A DNA stretch of 64,000 nucleotides from NCBI GenBank assembly GCA_951406725.2, contig OX597833.1, positions 69,874,001 to 69,938,000 on the forward strand, in the 5' to 3' direction. The position numbers were made by a program, and so were the translations under genes. Within the stretch, counting starts at the first letter, position 1. Each line of letters begins with the position of its first letter. The stretch comes from Octopus vulgaris. Lineage: Eukaryota. Below are positions 40,298 to 55,529 of the stretch, piece after piece. Under the pieces are notes generated by a model, which did no database searches, was not told the origin of the DNA, and worked only from the letters and a program-made list of their open reading frames with translations.

Positions 40298-40560
40298 AAT
40301 GTAAAGTATACTAGCCATCTCAATATGGCTAACCACTAAGGGTAGGTGTTACTGTAGCTTGTAGCCCCAGGAGATCATCGTCTCCTGCTGGCTCTAGGCA
40401 CACTGTCTGTGCCCTTAAGCCAACTGGAGACGATGATCTCCTGGGGCTACAAGCTACAGTAACACCCACCCTTAGTGGTTAGCCATATTGAGAGGGCTAG
40501 TATATTTTACATTGTCGTGCAGTTACTGTTTACATATCGTTCAGAGATTTATTATTGCTA
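40298..40560. mobile_element. Foldback element between (TA)n tracts
   Basis: about 97-bp arms 40298-40394 and 40418-40513; core shared with 16253 and 50461 elements. Confidence 0.75.
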
Positions 40561-40596
40561 TATATATATGTGTGTGTGTGTATGTATGTATGTATG

Positions 40597-40676
<80 letters not shown>

Positions 40677-40967
40677 TTTATTACGTTCGTGTTAAAAAGT
40701 GAAGTAAAAGATCCAGGGAATTCCTTGTTTTCCGCAGAAATTACAGAATTAACCGCAGAAATTGCAAACGATATCTCTGAGAAGTGAAATGGAAATGATA
40801 ATTACAATGGTTGTCGTTTGGGTTTAGGTACAAGACTAGCAGTTAAACGATGCCGCCGATATCCTAGAGGTCCACACCTAGTCTCGACCCCAGAGCGAGG
40901 AAAAGAGGACACTGATCTAGCTGGAATTCGAGCTCAGAAAATACAGGACCAGAATTACACACAAAGT

Positions 40968-41286
40968 GACATTTTTGCCTTCCGTTCACAATCATAATTC
41001 TTTACTTTGAGATTAACTATCTCAAAAGGAACTTCAAAATAAATATTGTTTTCAATGTCTGTGGGTGAAAAGAGCTTTTAAAGAGGGTGACCGCCGAATA
41101 TAACTGGTATTATTTACACACTAAGGGACATTTTTGCCTTCCGTTCACAATAATAACTCTTTACTTTGAGATTAATTAACTAGAGACTTTTCTCAAAAGG
41201 AACTTCAAAATAAATATAGTTTTCAATGTCTGTGGGTGAAAAGAGCTTTTAAAGAGGGTGATCGCCGCATATAACTGGTATTATTT
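40968..41286. repeat. Local tandem duplication of about 150 bp
   Basis: gacatttttgccttccgttcacaat...taactggtattattt present twice. Confidence 0.9.
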
Positions 41287-42244
41287 CATATATGAACGGA
41301 ACGAATTTCTTTAAAATGTTTAGTGCATCATTTATATTTTGATCATATCTGCGACAGCGACAGCTTTAATGTTACTAATAGCAATTATAACGGAAAAATC
41401 AGAACAAAAAAAAATCAAACAAAAGCCATCGATTAGTTGATGAAAGGATAATTTAGACAGTTCAAAATCAATAAATGGTATGAAAGAGAACCAATCAAAT
41501 CAAAGAAAACAAACCATTATAGAAAGTATCCAGTTATCACGTCTTCAATAATTTCGATTTGATTTGAATTAGAAAATTTCGACAGAAATTAGGAATAAAT
41601 TCTATTTCGATTAAATTCATTATGCGGAAATACAAGCGGACACAATAAATTGAGCGTCAAAAGTGCATAAAAGTTAAATCTTGTAATAAACGGATGAATA
41701 CATGTCTAAATCTTCAAATTAGAATAGGTCGAGTACGGAGCAAAGTTGTAGTTCAACAATGAGTTGCTGTTGAAAGATGGTAGAGCAGTGCCGTGTGCGT
41801 CGTATAATTGCGAACCAATAGTTTTCAAGCTCCTAAAGTGAAACAATACCAGTCACTAAGTATGTTGATCAGAAACATGCTTCGAACTGATTTTCACAGC
41901 CACGAAGTCGTTATTGAATCTACTTAATGTTGTGAGTTAATAAATTTTCGTTAATTAGAATTAAGCCGGTGGCGGGGAGAGGGATATTTTCATAAGTGCA
42001 ATTATCGGATGTATTCTTTGCATTAACAGCGCTACAATAGCCGTTTAAAAGATTATCACTCTCGACAATATCGCCTGTCCACTGCTATCAAAGTTAGTAA
42101 CTATTTCGAAATTGACTAAATGATTCTTACTGGGATATGATTATAATAAACCAAGAATGAAACACTGGAGCTACTCATTTGACCTGCTAGAAGTAGCAGA
42201 GAAATTTCCGCGAAAATCACCAAACGGTATTTCAACAGGCCGTT

Positions 42245-42273
<29 letters not shown>

Positions 42274-42275
<2 letters not shown>

Positions 42276-42319
42276 AGTAAAAATATTTGATTACACCTGC
42301 GTTAAACTCCATTTATTTA

Positions 42320-42387
<68 letters not shown>

Positions 42388-42530
42388 TAAATAAATGGAG
42401 TTTAACGCAGGTGTAATCAAATATTTTTACTTTCGACACATTTTTCGAAAATTCCACTGATACTATTCAAAAGAATAAATGGTATAAACAATGCAATCTT
42501 CTCCTCAGGAAAGTGAAAAAAACGTGTTAA
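42274..42530 (-). mobile_element. PLE-like element with tail-to-tail inverted copy across (TA)n
   Basis: 42274-42322 inverted to 42384-42432; tail aactccattt shared with 1-309. Confidence 0.7.
42429..42514 (-). ncRNA. Type I hammerhead motif (long stem II)
   Basis: minus: actttc-CTGAGGA-GAAGATT...AATTTTC-GAA-AAATGTGT-C-gaaagt; GUC cleavage triplet. Confidence 0.72.
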
Positions 42531-42555
42531 TTGTTAACAAGGTAAAAATACACTC

Positions 42556-43372
<817 letters not shown>

Positions 43373-43754
43373 ATAAATGTATGTGTGTATACGCGCGTGT
43401 GTGTCCGTGTATATATGTAGCTATGTATGTACATGTCTACACATGTGTGTATGTCACCGCTTCACAACCGTTGTTGGTCTGTCTACCTCCTCGCATGTTA
43501 GTGATTCGGCGGGAAAAGACGATAAAATTGCGTACCAGACATGAAACTAAGAACCATGGCCGATTTGTTAGCGAAAATGTTTCAAGGCGGTCCAACGACT
43601 GTTTTCCAACTAGTGAAAGAATTAAAATATATGCGCTATATAAAATAACGCTATATAAAAACTGAAATGTTAGAAACAGTTTGCAAGAAAATATTTGAGA
43701 AAATATTCAACAAAAAAGTATCAGGAGTTCAATAAAAATCATGTTTGTATGGTA

Positions 43755-43805
<51 letters not shown>

Positions 43806-43874
43806 AGGGAGATATATTTAAGAGTTTACAAAGAATTTGAGATGAACCATTTTTATTCTAGCATTTTTGTTTTA

Positions 43875-43991
<117 letters not shown>

Positions 43992-44529
43992 TAACATATA
44001 AGCAGACAAAAGAAATATAAATATTACTATCCAGCAAGTATAAAACACCATAAAAGGCAGAATTATAAATACATAAAACGGGTGTACACATATGTGATCA
44101 TTCCTAGAAAGAGCAGCGGGTACGCTATCTTCGCTATGTAGAGCTTCACGGAATGTTTACAGGCTGAGATGTTAGAAGAATGAATGATAATTCAATACTG
44201 CAGTTTTCGGATCACGTGCGTGAGCGCGAGTCTGATTGGTTCTCTTCAGTTGAATCTACCATTGACGACGACATTTTAAAATATTCGCTACATCTCTGCC
44301 TGTTTACTCGGCTGAAATCCCCAGTCAAAATCAAAACCAAGATCATTGAAAAGATATACAAGAAATAGAAATATTATTAAAAATAATATTACTATCCTGC
44401 CAGAACAAAGCACCATAAAAGGTAGAATTCTAAATATAGAACGTGGATGTAGACGAAGTACGATCATTGCTAGAAATATACATTACGTGTGTAAACTTTT
44501 TTTATTTTCTCTTCGTTTGTTTCTGTGTT

Positions 44530-44668
44530 CCTTTCTGTCAAAGAGCGTAGGATGGGAACGTAAAATACTTTCTCACTTCCCGAGCATTAAACTAATACAT
44601 CTGTGTGTTGTTTACACACCCATCCTCATCTTTTTTTTAATTTTTTTTTTTTGTAAATTCTCACTATA
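44530..44668 (+). mobile_element. PLE-like tail with degenerate minimal hammerhead
   Basis: cttt-ctgtcaa-agagcgtaggatg-ggaacgta-aaa; tail homologous to 3395-3490. Confidence 0.5.
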
Positions 44669-44774
44669 CATATATACATGTAATATATATGGGTGTATGA
44701 ATACGTATAAGTATATATATATATATATGTGTGTATGTATATATATATATGAATATGTATAAGTATATATATTG

Positions 44775-44805
<31 letters not shown>

Positions 44806-44821
44806 CAGACAGGCAGACACT

Positions 44822-45104
<283 letters not shown>

Positions 45105-45477
45105 CATCATATATAATGAGACAGAAAGAGCGAACAAATGTAGCGCGAGCGTGCCTAATCCTTATTCTCTCTGGTACATTCTCTATAGCCGTTGAACTTT
45201 AAAGATATTTGGATATAGAAAATGCAGGGGTTTTTTTTTCCGATCCTACCAATTATTCTGCGAATGTTATGCAAAGGTGATGTAGTACTAACCTCTGTCA
45301 CAGAGGACCACATGATAACCAGGCGATATCAAATAAAAACGCACGGGGGAATCGACCTGTTTATATCTAATACAATGATTCCACACGCGTGGGCATAGAG
45401 TGCGTTTATCTCTCTACGCTCTCCTTCACAGAAAAACATGCACGTAAACACACCCTTATACACACACTTATACAATA

Positions 45478-45864
45478 CTAGCAGTATCGCCCGGCGTTGC
45501 TCAGGTTTGTAAGGGAAATAACTATAAAGCATTTTTAGAGAGTTATAGCCAAAAAATAGCAAAAAAATGGGAAAAAAATTATGGTAAATTTTTTTTTGAG
45601 AGTAATAAAAGGTTGAGTTGCGTCCCCTAGACAGTCTGTGGTTTGTTTTTTTTTATTCTCGACTCCATGTCGAATTTATCGATTTTTTTCAGAACTGGGG
45701 GAACTTTTCAAAATTTTCGCTGCGTTAGTTTTGAATTATGACATTGGGCTATGTGTGTGTCAAGTTTCATCAGAATCGGTTGAAAGCCGTGGTCAGGGTG
45801 AGGGTACGAGAAAACAGACACACAGAAACACGCACAGACAAACTGCCGTTTATATAGAGAGAGA
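45478..45864 (-). mobile_element. Non-autonomous Helitron
   Basis: minus strand starts TC, ends GC hairpin cctgagcaacgccggg...CTAG, inserted between A and T. Confidence 0.8.
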
Positions 45865-46086
45865 TATGTGAGTATATATAACTATATTGCTTTTGTATAA
45901 TTTCTTTTACGACGAGCTATAAATGGAATTATTTGGAATGCAATATGTCGCTGATGTAGAGAGAGTGCGGCAACCTTTTGAAATATTTCACCGATTTTGC
46001 TAATGATGCTAATGGCCACTGGGAAAACACAGAATTTAGAGAAGCAGACCACGTGATAATGCAGCCTTCCAACGTCATATATATAT

Positions 46087-46808
46087 AAGCTTGCTTCCCA
46101 AATACATGGTTAAGGGATCAAACCTACTGCGTGACATCTTGGTCGAATGTATTTTACTATAGACATGGGCCGACCAAACAGTTGTGAATGGATGTGGTAG
46201 ACGGAAACTAAAAGAAGCCCGTCCTATACCTTCCCACCTCCCCCTTCAATTTCCTCTGTCATTTGTACTCTGAGTAAGTTTGATCTATTAATATATAAAT
46301 ATTTATATATTTCGTTTTTGGATTTGGTTTGCAAGATTCTTTATATGAGTTCGTGTGTTGAAGCATGTTCTGTTGTATCTGTGGAGAGTCAAAACTATTG
46401 AAAAGGTTGCAAGACGCAACGAAAATTTTAGGAAAATAAAAATAAGAAAAAGTGGAAATTTTACCGGTGAGTGTGTTAAATTATAAGGCACAAAAAGAAA
46501 ATGACTCTCGCCAGACACAACAGAATATTTATATATTTATTCTTCATTATTCATCGTTTAAGCATCTTCAGTCCTTATATCTCTGCTTATGTGTGTCTTT
46601 GTGTCTGTGTTCGCCCCTCAGCGCCGCTTCATAACCGGTGCTGGCTTGTTTATGTCTCCGTAACGTAGCAGTTCGGCCAAAAATAACGATAGAATAAGTA
46701 CGAAACTTAAAAACAAAAGTTAGTTCTGAGGTCTATTCGTTCGACTGACATTCTTGAAGAATGTGCTCCAACATAGACGCAGCCCAATGACTGAAAGGAT
46801 AAATAAAA
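46087..46808 (+). mobile_element. Old SINE family B split by an insertion (about 46226-46585) containing an inverted repeat
   Basis: head 46087-46225, tail 46585-46808; IR 46367-46392 / 46502-46527. Confidence 0.7.
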
Positions 46809-46814
46809 CAATAT

Positions 46815-46859
<45 letters not shown>

Positions 46860-46871
46860 TTTCTCTTCATA

Positions 46872-47325
46872 TTATTCCTCTTGACTAGGGAGGAAATTAT
46901 CTGGAACCAGCCTGTCTCAATAATCATTAAACGTTCCAACAGACTCACCCCCTTGCAATATTACGAAATATTCAGGCGAATGGCTCCAATATTTCATGGC
47001 CATCTTCTTTCTACGGGACTCTACGCTCAAACAACTTGCACAACAGTATCCTTTGTCTATTTTCTTTTCTTTGTATCAATCATTTACTGAATACAAGATT
47101 TACATCTGAGTTAATTCAAGCGTCCTGGTCGTTTTTTGCAGTAACGGACGGGCTTGTAGAGCATAATGTGCCAGATAGTGAACCGTTTGCAATACGAGCC
47201 AAACGGATTATTGCAATATCCAAGCAGAACACTTCATGTACCTCGCGTACAACTCATGCATTCCTTGAATCCTATTTATTTCTCATTCAATCGTGGGCTT
47301 TTTACTGATTCTGTTAAGTCAAGAG

Positions 47326-47331
<6 letters not shown>
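46872..47331. mobile_element. Possible MITE with short TIR
   Basis: tattcctcttgact ... agtcaagagtaata, TA-flanked. Confidence 0.35.
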
Positions 47332-47404
<73 letters not shown>

Positions 47405-47879
47405 CTTGATTTAATTTAATCAGGTTAGTTTTCCATTAAACAGAAGATGAAACGGTGCATCGTCTAAGAAATTACAGGGTAAATGTTTTTCAATTTTCTC
47501 CTGGTTTACGGAATTGACGTTATTTTGCGGTTAAAGCTTTTGGCTGTTATTTCTAGTGGGTGAATGGCCTATTATGGCCGTTCCTTGATTGTTGATGTTG
47601 AACTTAAAAATGGTTTATGACTATTTAATTTTTTCCCACTAGGCCGCTGGTGGCAAAAGAATTCTACAAAATTTTTTTTGCCACCCTATATTGATTAATA
47701 AATATATATATATATATATATACAAACGTACATTGGTACACACAGACACACACATACGAACAGACAGATATACGTACCTGTACATTTACATGCGTATAAA
47801 ACGTCCATATACACCTCACACACACACATGTATATATATATGGATGCAAATACATAAATATATGAATGTGTAGTACGTT

Positions 47880-47942
<63 letters not shown>

Positions 47943-47979
47943 GTATATATATATGGGTGTGTGTGTATCTATATGTATG

Positions 47980-48039
<60 letters not shown>

Positions 48040-48127
48040 TATATACATACATACATATATATATATATATATTACCTATTTATGTGCCCTTCCCCCTCTA
48101 TGTATTATATAGAAATAGATACGTAAA

Positions 48128-48163
<36 letters not shown>

Positions 48164-48747
48164 TGTATGTATGTATGTATGTATGTATGTATGTATGTAT
48201 GTATCTATATATGGACGTTTGGCGCACACGCATACACCCCCCCCTTAACCACACACGTCCGCAATGACGAATTTGTAACTCGGCGTCCGACAGATAACGT
48301 AGGTTATGACCATCATTAATACTCACATACATATTCATTATTTCTTGTCATCGTTATTAATAACTATTGGCCTTTTCGTTTTATTCATTATGTAGCCAAC
48401 ACAAAAGGATAATTTCGACGAACTGTTAAAATGTCAATGGAAACCATTAAACATCGAAGTGGAACAATTGTTACTTCAAAACTGAATTATTATAGACATC
48501 GCCATTGTCTTCTTGCTATTTCCCCCTTAATATCTCTTCAGTTTTAAACAAGATTTCGTATAAATTGCGAAAATTGGTCGGTTATATTCGCTGGTGTGAC
48601 TGTGCGGTAAGATCTTGGCTTCCCAACGACATGGTTCCGGGTTCAGTTGCCACTCAAGCAGGTGGCTTCTAGTGCAGTCTCAGGCCGAGGACAGCTCTCT
48701 AAGTGGATTTGGCAGGCGGAAACTGACAAAATTCCGTCGTAGATAGA

Positions 48748-48905
48748 TAAGTTTCTTTATTGGCCACACAGGGCTGCACACAGATGGGACAAGTTACAAG
48801 GTAGAGCTTTTCTTTTGGGGAATGAAAAAAACAAAAAACCAAAGAAACAAAAAAAAAGGTGGCGTAGGTTTTTGATCAAAAGGGATCGTAAAAGGGAAAA
48901 AGAAG
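48748..48905 (-). mobile_element. L1/Tx1-like 3' tail
   Basis: ttgtcccatctgtgtgcagccctgtgtggccaataaagaaac resembles family A tail. Confidence 0.5.
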
Positions 48906-48963
48906 AACAAAAATAATTTTTTTTTTAAGTAGATAGGTAGGTAGATAGATAGATAGATATGCA

Positions 48964-48997
<34 letters not shown>

Positions 48998-49001
<4 letters not shown>

Positions 49002-49313
49002 CGTGATCACCGTCACCGACCAAGCTATCAGATGTTGCTACACATCGCTGGTCACAATGCGCTTCGCATTGTTTTAGTCTTCAAATGACGCCACACCGCT
49101 GGCTAAGCGAGCAGGCCAACAAAAGACAGAGTTAGAGAAAGTTGTAGCGAAAGGGTACAGCGGGGATCGCCACCCACCGTCCCCTGCTGGAGCCTCGTGG
49201 AGCTTCGGGTGTTTTCGCTCAATAAATATTCACAACACCCGGTCAGGGAATCGAAACCGCGATGCTACGACCGCGAGTCCGCTGCCCTAACCACTGGTCC
49301 ATTGCGCCTCCAC
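48998..49313 (-). mobile_element. SINE family C with alternative 3' tail
   Basis: head and core match 5394-5570; tail unrelated. Confidence 0.9.
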
Positions 49314-49675
49314 TATATAGAATATATACATGAATATATAACACATACAGCAACATACTTGCACATCTTAAGGACATTATAATATTGTACAAAATTCAAA
49401 TTAGCTGTTATGGATTTTTTTATGAGCTACGTTATTGCGATGTTCGTAGATATATTTGCCATTATTTTCGGGAATCATAGACAAGTTCATTTTTAAATGT
49501 TACCATATGAGGAAAAGTAAGTCAAAAGCAATGAACCCAAAACTTACGTGATTTAAACATTTAAAAAATTAAAAACGAGATGTGATTACGCCGAGTGAGG
49601 GCTATGACACTTTGAAAAAGCAGTAACACTTTGATTATATATGTGTGTCTGTATCTTTGTGTGTATTTGTATGTG

Positions 49676-49744
<69 letters not shown>

Positions 49745-50026
49745 ATGTGTGTGTGTGTATCCATATATGTATGAGAATTAATTTCTTAAATGCAATAAAT
49801 TCTAGAATACTTCTATGTGAAAATAATTTCCTCCTAAGAGAAATTCATAAGCCAAAACAGGTTTCAACGCAGGAAGTCTATTAAAAATTTACTGAAGACG
49901 AATTTCGTTAAAATATGTCGATGATGTATGTATGTCATTTTCTGAAGCAAATTGCAAATTTTACGATATGATCTTTTATTTTTGAGGTCTACTTGTGTAT
50001 TTAACATTCAATGTATTTATGAACGC

Positions 50027-50176
<150 letters not shown>

Positions 50177-50460
50177 GCCCGTCTGTCTGTCTGTTTTTCT
50201 GTCTATATGTTTATGTATATATAATACATACACACACATGTATATGTGTTAGTGAGATGGTATATAGAAATATGTGTGTGTATATATGTAGGTGTGTATA
50301 TAATGTCAATTTGCTGCGCGATAACGTCAAAGGAAAGGTCCTGCAGGGTGTCAAAGATTATCTGAATGTCCCAGACTGGCGGAGAAACTCGCTCAAGGTG
50401 ATCGAGAAGAATAGATATGGATGTACATTCCTACATACATACATATATATATTTATATGT

Positions 50461-50695
50461 AGTAAAGATTGTTTGCCGACATAACAATGGCAGTCCTGGT
50501 TTAGGACGAATGTTACTGTAATTTAGCCCCAGGAGACATCGTTACCAAGTGGTTATACGACACGATGTCTCCTGGGGCTAAATTGCAGCAACATTCGTCC
50601 TAAACCGGGACTGCCATGTGATGTTGGCAAATAATATTTACTCCAAAGTAGTGTTGCTGAATATCTCAATATCTCACTTGTGAGATTTACAAATG

Positions 50696-50700
<5 letters not shown>
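50461..50700. mobile_element. Foldback PLE-like element
   Basis: arms 50461-50541 and 50562-50642; tail ends at (TA)n. Confidence 0.75.
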
Positions 50701-50741
<41 letters not shown>

Positions 50742-51191
50742 GTGTGTGTGTGCGTGGGATTTTGCGCATGTATACTCGCACGAATATATACATATATATA
50801 TATACAATACAAAGCCGGACATATATATATATATATTTATATATGTGTTTATTCGAAACAGTCGATCACGAAATCAGCCTGATACTATAACCCTAGGCAA
50901 TTCTAACACATCAGGATGAATACTGTTTTGAACACCTTGATTCTACTCACGTACTCTCGCTCTCTTCTTTCTCTCTCTCTCTCTCTCTCTCTTTGTCTGT
51001 CTGTCTCTATCTTTGTGTCTTTGTGTCTGTATCTCCATACACAGGTGTGTATAGGGAAAGGCATACAGTTACTTAATATATGTGGAGTGTCTTGTTCATA
51101 TTTCTCTATTACTTTTTTATGATAAGAAAGTAAAGAACATTCCATGCATATTAAGTAACTGTACACCTACTCTTAACACAACTTGTATAAG

Positions 51192-51236
<45 letters not shown>

Positions 51237-51649
51237 ATATATATATATATATATAAATATATGTAAATGTGTGTCTGTTTATATATGTGTGTGTGTATGT
51301 CAGTGTATGCGTGTACTTCTGCACAGACATTAGAACTGTGTTAGATGATATAGTTTTTCTATAGAAGTTCTGCAGAGAGTCTCTTGGTGTTACGAAAACC
51401 AGGGTTTCAACTTGATGTGTTCTTCGCAGTGGAGGACCCAGATCTAGAGATCCACCAGGCTTCTGACCAATGAACTGTACTCTTAAAATGTATTTTTGAC
51501 ATGACGTAATACAGCCAGTGCCGTCCAATTCGTTTATACGCATTGTAAATCTCTCTATATATAAAGCTGAAGTTGTCTGTTTTTTCATGGCAGGTTTGTG
51601 GGTGTAAATCTACTCACACTTACATATACATATGTACATGTATATATAT

Positions 51650-52070
51650 TCTTTTATTCTTTTACCTGTTTCAGTCATTTGACTGCGGCCATACTGGAAC
51701 AAACCGACCTCAGGACTTAATCTTTGTAAGCCTAGTGCTTATTGTATCGGTCTCTTTTGCCGATCAGCAAAGTTACGGGGACATGAACACACCGATATCA
51801 GTTGTCAAGCGATGGTGGGGGACAAACACAGACACACAAGCACAAACACACGCACACACACACACACACGCACACACACACACACACATACACACACACA
51901 CATATGTATATATACGCCGGGCTTCTTTCAGGTTCCGTCTACCAAATCCACTCACAAGGCCTTGGTCGGCCCCAGGCTATAAGTATAAGACACTAACCCA
52001 AGGTGGCACGCAGTAAGACTGAACCTGGAACCATGTGGTTGATAAGCAAACTACTTACCACACAGCCATG
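51650..52070 (-). mobile_element. SINE family B
   Basis: family match. Confidence 0.88.
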
Positions 52071-52099
52071 TCAGCATGTATATGTATATATATTTTTTT

Positions 52100-52441
<342 letters not shown>

Positions 52442-52500
52442 TATTGTGTATATATATATATGTATATATGTATATATATGTATATATATATGTATATATA

Positions 52501-52561
<61 letters not shown>

Positions 52562-52637
52562 ATGTATGTATATGTGTAAGTATCCAAACACATATACACG
52601 TGCGCACAGACACACATACACATAGCCAGGAGAAGAG

Positions 52638-52671
<34 letters not shown>

Positions 52672-53068
52672 GTACAAATAAGGTAATGGACGGAATTTTA
52701 TTAACTTTAAAGAGATCATCACACTACGTGACTCCAATATTAAGTGCTGTATTTTAACTCTACACATTTCTTAAAGATGTTTATCAAAACCACAATAAAA
52801 TTATAACTTTTTTTGCTTTCTAATTCACGATTTACCATGCAGAAGAATTCTTTGGATAACGGTAAACATGAGACAAGACAGAAATAACATCGTATACTAA
52901 ATTAAATTAATTAATGTATGGTTCACATCAAAGTTAATCATGAAAGAATCAGTCTACTAATTAATGGCGATATCGATGGTTAGCAACTGTTGAGTGTCAT
53001 TGAAAATTACACCCACCTCCTCATAAACACTCGAATACTAACATAATCGCATAGGCCATATGTATGTG

Positions 53069-53149
<81 letters not shown>

Positions 53150-53165
53150 TATATATATATATGTG

Positions 53166-53204
<39 letters not shown>

Positions 53205-53232
53205 GTATACATATATATACATACATATATAT

Positions 53233-53303
<71 letters not shown>

Positions 53304-53900
53304 CGAAAATTAACAAAAACGGAAGAAAATAGTATTTCCAAAGGTACAATTAGAAGGCTCAGGAGAAGGATAGGAAGATGGGATGGAAGGGAAGAAAGAT
53401 AGAAAGAAAGGAAAGAGTGAAAAATGAAAAAGAAAACTGGGGGTGTCTGAAGTGAGTGCTAAGCAGGAGATGAAACAAAATACCTGTCTTACCTATGCAC
53501 TGGTCAAGTAGAAAAAAAGATGAGTGATACAAAAATTGGATGGTGTTTTGAGAAGGTTAGGGAAGAGCAAGTACGAAGAAAAAGGGAGTGCAGAGAAAAA
53601 AAGGGACTAAAGATAGACTGTAGGTAGTTGACAGAGATGGAGAGCAGAAGACATGGAAGGCAGTAAAGAGAGAAAGACAACTGATAGAAATAGATGGGGA
53701 AGGTTTTGCACACGAGAGGGGAGAGGAGAAGGACAGAGAAATTGATAGATAAAAGAGAAAGTCTTGTACCAAATATTGAACAGTGTGTGTGGGGCTACCA
53801 CTGAGTGGGAACAGAAGTGATGCGTGTGACATTACAATGACTAGCAATCATAAAATGTTGCACAGAAAGTCAACACACACACACACACACACACACACAT

Positions 53901-54310
53901 ACTCTTTTACTCTTTTACATGTTTCAGTCATTTGACTGCGGCCATGCTGGAGCACCGCCTTTAGTCGAGCAAATCGACCCCGGGACTTTATTCTTTTTGT
54001 AAGCCCAGTACTTATTCTATCGGTCTGTTTTGCCGAACCGCTAAGTGACGGAGACGTAAACACACCAGCATCGGTTGTCAAGCAATGCTAGGGGGACAAA
54101 CACAGACACACAAACACATACACACACATACATATATATACATATATACGACAGGCTTCTTTCAGTTTCCGTCTACCAAATTCACTCACAAGGCATTGGT
54201 CGGCTCGGGACTATAGCAGAAGACAATTTCCCAAGATGCCACGCAGTGGGACTGAACCCGGAACCATGTGGTTTGTATGCAAGCTACTTACCACACAGCC
54301 ACTCCTGCCA
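53901..54310 (-). mobile_element. SINE family B
   Basis: family match. Confidence 0.92.
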
Positions 54311-54321
54311 CATGTATATAA

Positions 54322-54950
54322 AATGATGAAGGAAATTGTTGTATCCAATGTGCCCAGGTGCACTACAACTATAAAAAAAGGTCATCAGGTGTACTGTTGG
54401 TGGATTTCAGGAAGCATGGAAGTTTTGAAGAAGGTAGCATCTCGACAGCTAACAACTGATGCGAGTATTTTATTCCATGCTTCAGCAATTCCGAGCGTTG
54501 AAAAATGTTTCCGAAAGTCATAGATAGCCGGACAGCGGCTGACAAAGGTCTTACTGAATGACGCTAGCCACCCCCGTCAACCTTCTCGACAATCTTAGTG
54601 TTGTAGTTTGTCCAGCGTAGGTCGTTGTTTAGGATAATGCCCAGATCAGGTCCGCTGGAAGACTTCTTGAGATTGGTGTTGCTGAGGGAGTACGTAAAGG
54701 CTGGATTGATCCTCACAAAATGCATGGTGACGCACTTGTCCACAGCTAGATTGAGTTGCCAGTCAAAGATCCATTGCTGCTTTGTATCCAGGTCTGATTG
54801 CAAGAAAAATCTATAGCGCATCGGATCTGTTCTTTCTATTTCGAGGTTCAGATTGATGTCATCTGCATATTTCAGCACTGTAACAGTCCTCAAATTGGCA
54901 TCTATATCATTGATATACGCAACAAACAGTAGGGTTTTTTTGTCTCCTAA
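54322..54950 (-). mobile_element. CR1-clade LINE fragment (RT domain plus C-terminus, internally deleted)
   Basis: LLFVAYINDI...LKYADD...LQSDLD...WQLNLAVDKC...DLGIIL; C-terminal AWNKILASVV...FFK. Confidence 0.9.
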
Positions 54951-54954
54951 AATA

Positions 54955-55425
54955 GCCACGGGCTTTGGTAAACGGAAACTGAAAGAAGCCCGTCGTAAAT
55001 TTATATATAAGTGTATGTATGTCTGTATTTGTGAGTCTGTGTTTGTCCCCCACTATTGCTTGAGAACCGATGCTGGTGTGTTTACGTTTCCGTAACTTAA
55101 CGGTTCGGCAAAAGAGACCGACAGAATAAGTACTAGGCTTACAAAGAATAAGTCCTGGGCCTGATGTTCGACTAAAGGCGGTGCTCCAGCATGGCCGCAA
55201 CCAAATGACTGGAACATGTAAAGGGAGAAAAGAATAAAATAATATATACAAATATAGAGACAGTCGTGGCTGTGTGGTAAGAAGCTTGCTTCCCAACCTC
55301 ATGATTCCAGGTTCAGTCCCACTGCGTGGCACCTTGGGCAACTGTCTTCTACTATAGCCTCGGGTCGACCAAAGCCTTCTGAAGGGATTTGGAAGACGGA
55401 TACTCAAAAAAGCCCGTCGTATATA
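54955..55425 (+). mobile_element. Two partial SINE family B copies
   Basis: 3' part 54955-55238, 5' part 55262-55425. Confidence 0.85.
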
Positions 55426-55441
55426 TATATATAATGTGTGT

Positions 55442-55529
<88 letters not shown>

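Noticed and set aside
40340-40470. Twister or HDV ribozyme in the foldback
   Set aside because: Required pseudoknot elements and conserved motifs not found.
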